A stretch of DNA of 64,000 nucleotides from Verrucomicrobiota bacterium. Its GTDB lineage: Bacteria; Verrucomicrobiota; Verrucomicrobiia; Limisphaerales; AAA164-E04. The stretch spans positions 448,001 through 512,000 of the forward strand of contig CP170459.1 of NCBI GenBank assembly GCA_047947115.1, read 5' to 3'. The notes under the pieces were generated by a model that worked only from the letters and a program-made list of their open reading frames with translations, searched no databases and had not been told where the DNA came from. Of the stretch, positions 61,970-64,000 are shown one piece after another. A program made the translations under genes and the position numbers. Each line of letters starts with the position of its first letter. The stretch's first letter is position 1.

Positions 61970-61997
61970 AGTATAGGGGGCAACCTTGGAGGAGCAA
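61970..61997 (-). promoter_or_regulatory. Sigma70-like promoter of rarA, probably leaderless
   Basis: TTGCTC-N16-TATACT-N6-ATG. Confidence 0.55.
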
Positions 61998-62112
61998 TGC
62001 CGGAAGCGGGACTTACACCCAAAATCTTTCGGGAGCATCTTTTCACAGGGCCGGAATGGAGCGAGTGGATACTATCGTAAACCTTTTGCTGGTGATCTCG
62101 GTCATTTGAATT

Positions 62113-64000
62113 ATGATCTCAGCATTCATGAATGCCAGAGCTGTATCCTTTTTTTTCTTGGTGCTGATCGGTCTTTGGATGGTTCAACTCAGGAGCCTCA
62201 CTGCCGAAGTCCCCACACAACCTTTCGTGGAGCAAATCCGCCGACTGCAGGAAACGATGCAATTCCTGGGCATACCACTGGATACCGTCACAAATACCCG
62301 ACTTGACGATGCTTTAAGCACCGGTGATGTGGAGGGGATCACTCAATCATTGGATGATCACACTCTGTTTGAAATCGACATCAACCCGGAGTCGCGCGTC
62401 AAAGTCCGCAAAGGCAGCGCCATTCCCAAACTGAATCAGGGAGGCTACACTCCGTTTCTCGTCAAGATCGTCAATCAGGGAACGGTCACCGCACGCCTCA
62501 ATGCCACCTCTCCTCAGGCCGGGCAGGTTTATGGAGGCATGACACCACTCTCGGCGCGTCGCATGCAGCGTGAATCACACGACGAACTCAGCGACCCCGT
62601 TGGCAATCCACGGCGATTCCTCGACCTCAGTTTTTACGAACTTCCTCCCCTTACTACCCATCTGAGTGGATTGGAACTGGAATACAAACTCCTCTGGATT
62701 TACGCCTCGGTTTCAGGAAAGGTGGAAGCCACCATCGAATTCGATGTCGGTCAAGGCACACAGGATATTGGTTTCAGAAGCCGGGTCCCCGTACTGTTCA
62801 ACATCGAGCCCGCAACGCAAGTAACACTCGACATTCGCGATCATGACGGCAAACCCAACACCGCCCGACTGGTTTTTCGGGACGAAGCGGGACACGTCTT
62901 CCCCCCACAAGCGAAACGCCTGGCCCCGGATTTCTATTTTCAGGAACAAATCTACCGTCACTCCGGCCAAAGCATTCTTTTGCCCCCAGGCCGCTTCACT
63001 CTGGAAAGCTCCAGAGGCCCTGAATACCATCCAGTCCACCAGGATTTGGTGATCCCGGAAACACCACAACACACATTGGAAATTCGGCTCAAACGCTGGG
63101 TGAACCCTGCCGATTACGGTTTTTACAGCGGCGATCATCACATCCACGGAGCTGGTTGCGCCCACTACCAATCACCGACCTTGGGCGTCAGTCCCGAAGA
63201 TATGTTCCTTCAAGTCAAAGGCGAAGGCCTGAACGTAGGTTGCGTACTCACCTGGGGACCCTGCTTTGAATTTCAACGCGGTTTCTTTTCTCCCGATCCT
63301 CATCAACTCAGCGATCCGATGACCCTCCTGAAATACGACCTGGAAATCAGCGGATTCGGTTCCCAATCCATGGGGCATGTTTGTCTGCTCAACCTGAAAG
63401 ACCAAACGTACCCGGGGTCCGCCGGCACCAAAGAACAAGGCTGGCCCACCTGGACCACTCCAGTGATGCGTTGGGCGAGGGATCAGGGGGGAGTTACGGG
63501 TTATGCCCACTCCGCCAGCGGCCTGCAGGTCGATCCGGATGCCGCCTCGGCACGGTTGCTCAAGCAATTGGACACCAACCAGGACCAGCTGTTGACCCGA
63601 CCCGAAGCAGAAGCCGGACTGCTTCCGCTGTCATTTGACAACTTGGACGAAGACCGGGACCACACCCTGAGCCAAAGCGAATTGAGGCACATCATGAACC
63701 AGCAGGCCGATCAGCTGCCCAACTGGGTCATTCCTGAGATGAACAGTGTGGGCGCCATGGAGATTTGTGTGAGCACAGCGTTGGGAGCATGCGATTTTAT
63801 CAGCGCGATGGACACGGCGCGCATCCCGGAATGGAACATGTGGTATCACCTGCTGAACTGCGGATTTCCTCTCAAAGTCAGCGGGGAAACAGATTTCCCA
63901 TGCATGAGCGGCAGCCGCGTCGGTCAGGGACGGGTCTACGTGCATTTGGGAAAAGTGGATCGACTCGATTTTGGAGCCTGGTGCGCTGGTCTGAAACGAG
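62113..64000 (+). CDS. Exported CehA/McbA-like PHP-type metallohydrolase with EF-hand insert (runs off window end)
   Basis: Not in the ORF track. Manual translation: signal peptide, INPESRVKV, YSGDHHIHGAGCAHY, GYAHS, DTNQDQLLTRPE, DEDRDHTLSQSE, SGETDFPC. Start 62113 or 62128. Confidence 0.82.
   Translation, partial: MISAFMNARAVSFFFLVLIGLWMVQLRSLTAEVPTQPFVEQIRRLQETMQFLGIPLDTVTNTRLDDALSTGDVEGITQSLDDHTLFEIDINPESRVKVRKGSAIPKLNQGGYTPFLVKIVNQGTVTARLNATSPQAGQVYGGMTPLSARRMQRESHDELSDPVGNPRRFLDLSFYELPPLTTHLSGLELEYKLLWIYASVSGKVEATIEFDVGQGTQDIGFRSRVPVLFNIEPATQVTLDIRDHDGKPNTARLVFRDEAGHVFPPQAKRLAPDFYFQEQIYRHSGQSILLPPGRFTLESSRGPEYHPVHQDLVIPETPQHTLEIRLKRWVNPADYGFYSGDHHIHGAGCAHYQSPTLGVSPEDMFLQVKGEGLNVGCVLTWGPCFEFQRGFFSPDPHQLSDPMTLLKYDLEISGFGSQSMGHVCLLNLKDQTYPGSAGTKEQGWPTWTTPVMRWARDQGGVTGYAHSASGLQVDPDAASARLLKQLDTNQDQLLTRPEAEAGLLPLSFDNLDEDRDHTLSQSELRHIMNQQADQLPNWVIPEMNSVGAMEICVSTALGACDFISAMDTARIPEWNMWYHLLNCGFPLKVSGETDFPCMSGSRVGQGRVYVHLGKVDRLDFGAWCAGLKR

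Noticed and set aside
62713..63945. Several short ORFs on both strands
   Set aside because: Shadows of the metallohydrolase frame starting at 62113.

Overview
Bacterial chromosomal window. Gene content (PVC-type dehydrogenase, Verru_Chthon-like pilin cassette, sulfatase) suggests Verrucomicrobiota/PVC; this is an inference, not a database result. In order: a partial sulfatase; selA-selB; an N-terminal-half-only carB; a Tat-exported enolase-family gene to gdhA; a ~10 kb redox cluster (NrfD-like protein, Tat 4Fe-4S protein, pentaheme and monoheme cytochromes, MtrB-like barrel, 8-heme MtrA-like cytochrome, divergent secreted 9-heme cytochrome) that reads as a complete trans-envelope electron conduit; oxidoreductase, DUF6807-like, cytochrome c and CPBP genes; a candidate structured ncRNA; def; rpoN; a CII-like regulator; a ~24.5 kb type IV pilus/T2SS-like cluster (2 pilB, pilT, frameshifted pilC, BrnT/BrnA-like pair, six pilin-like genes) ending in a 3021-aa subtilase; a PVC dehydrogenase fusion; two orphan exported proteins; SprT-like; rarA; and a partial metallohydrolase. 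Best leads: the electron conduit, a C-terminal domain shared by the 9-heme cytochrome and the giant protease, the protease in the PilY1 position, a Thr-Asn bias in exported proteins, and the TA-like pair heading the pilin operon. No rRNA, tRNA, CRISPR or transposase was recognised. All calls come from motif recognition and manual reading.
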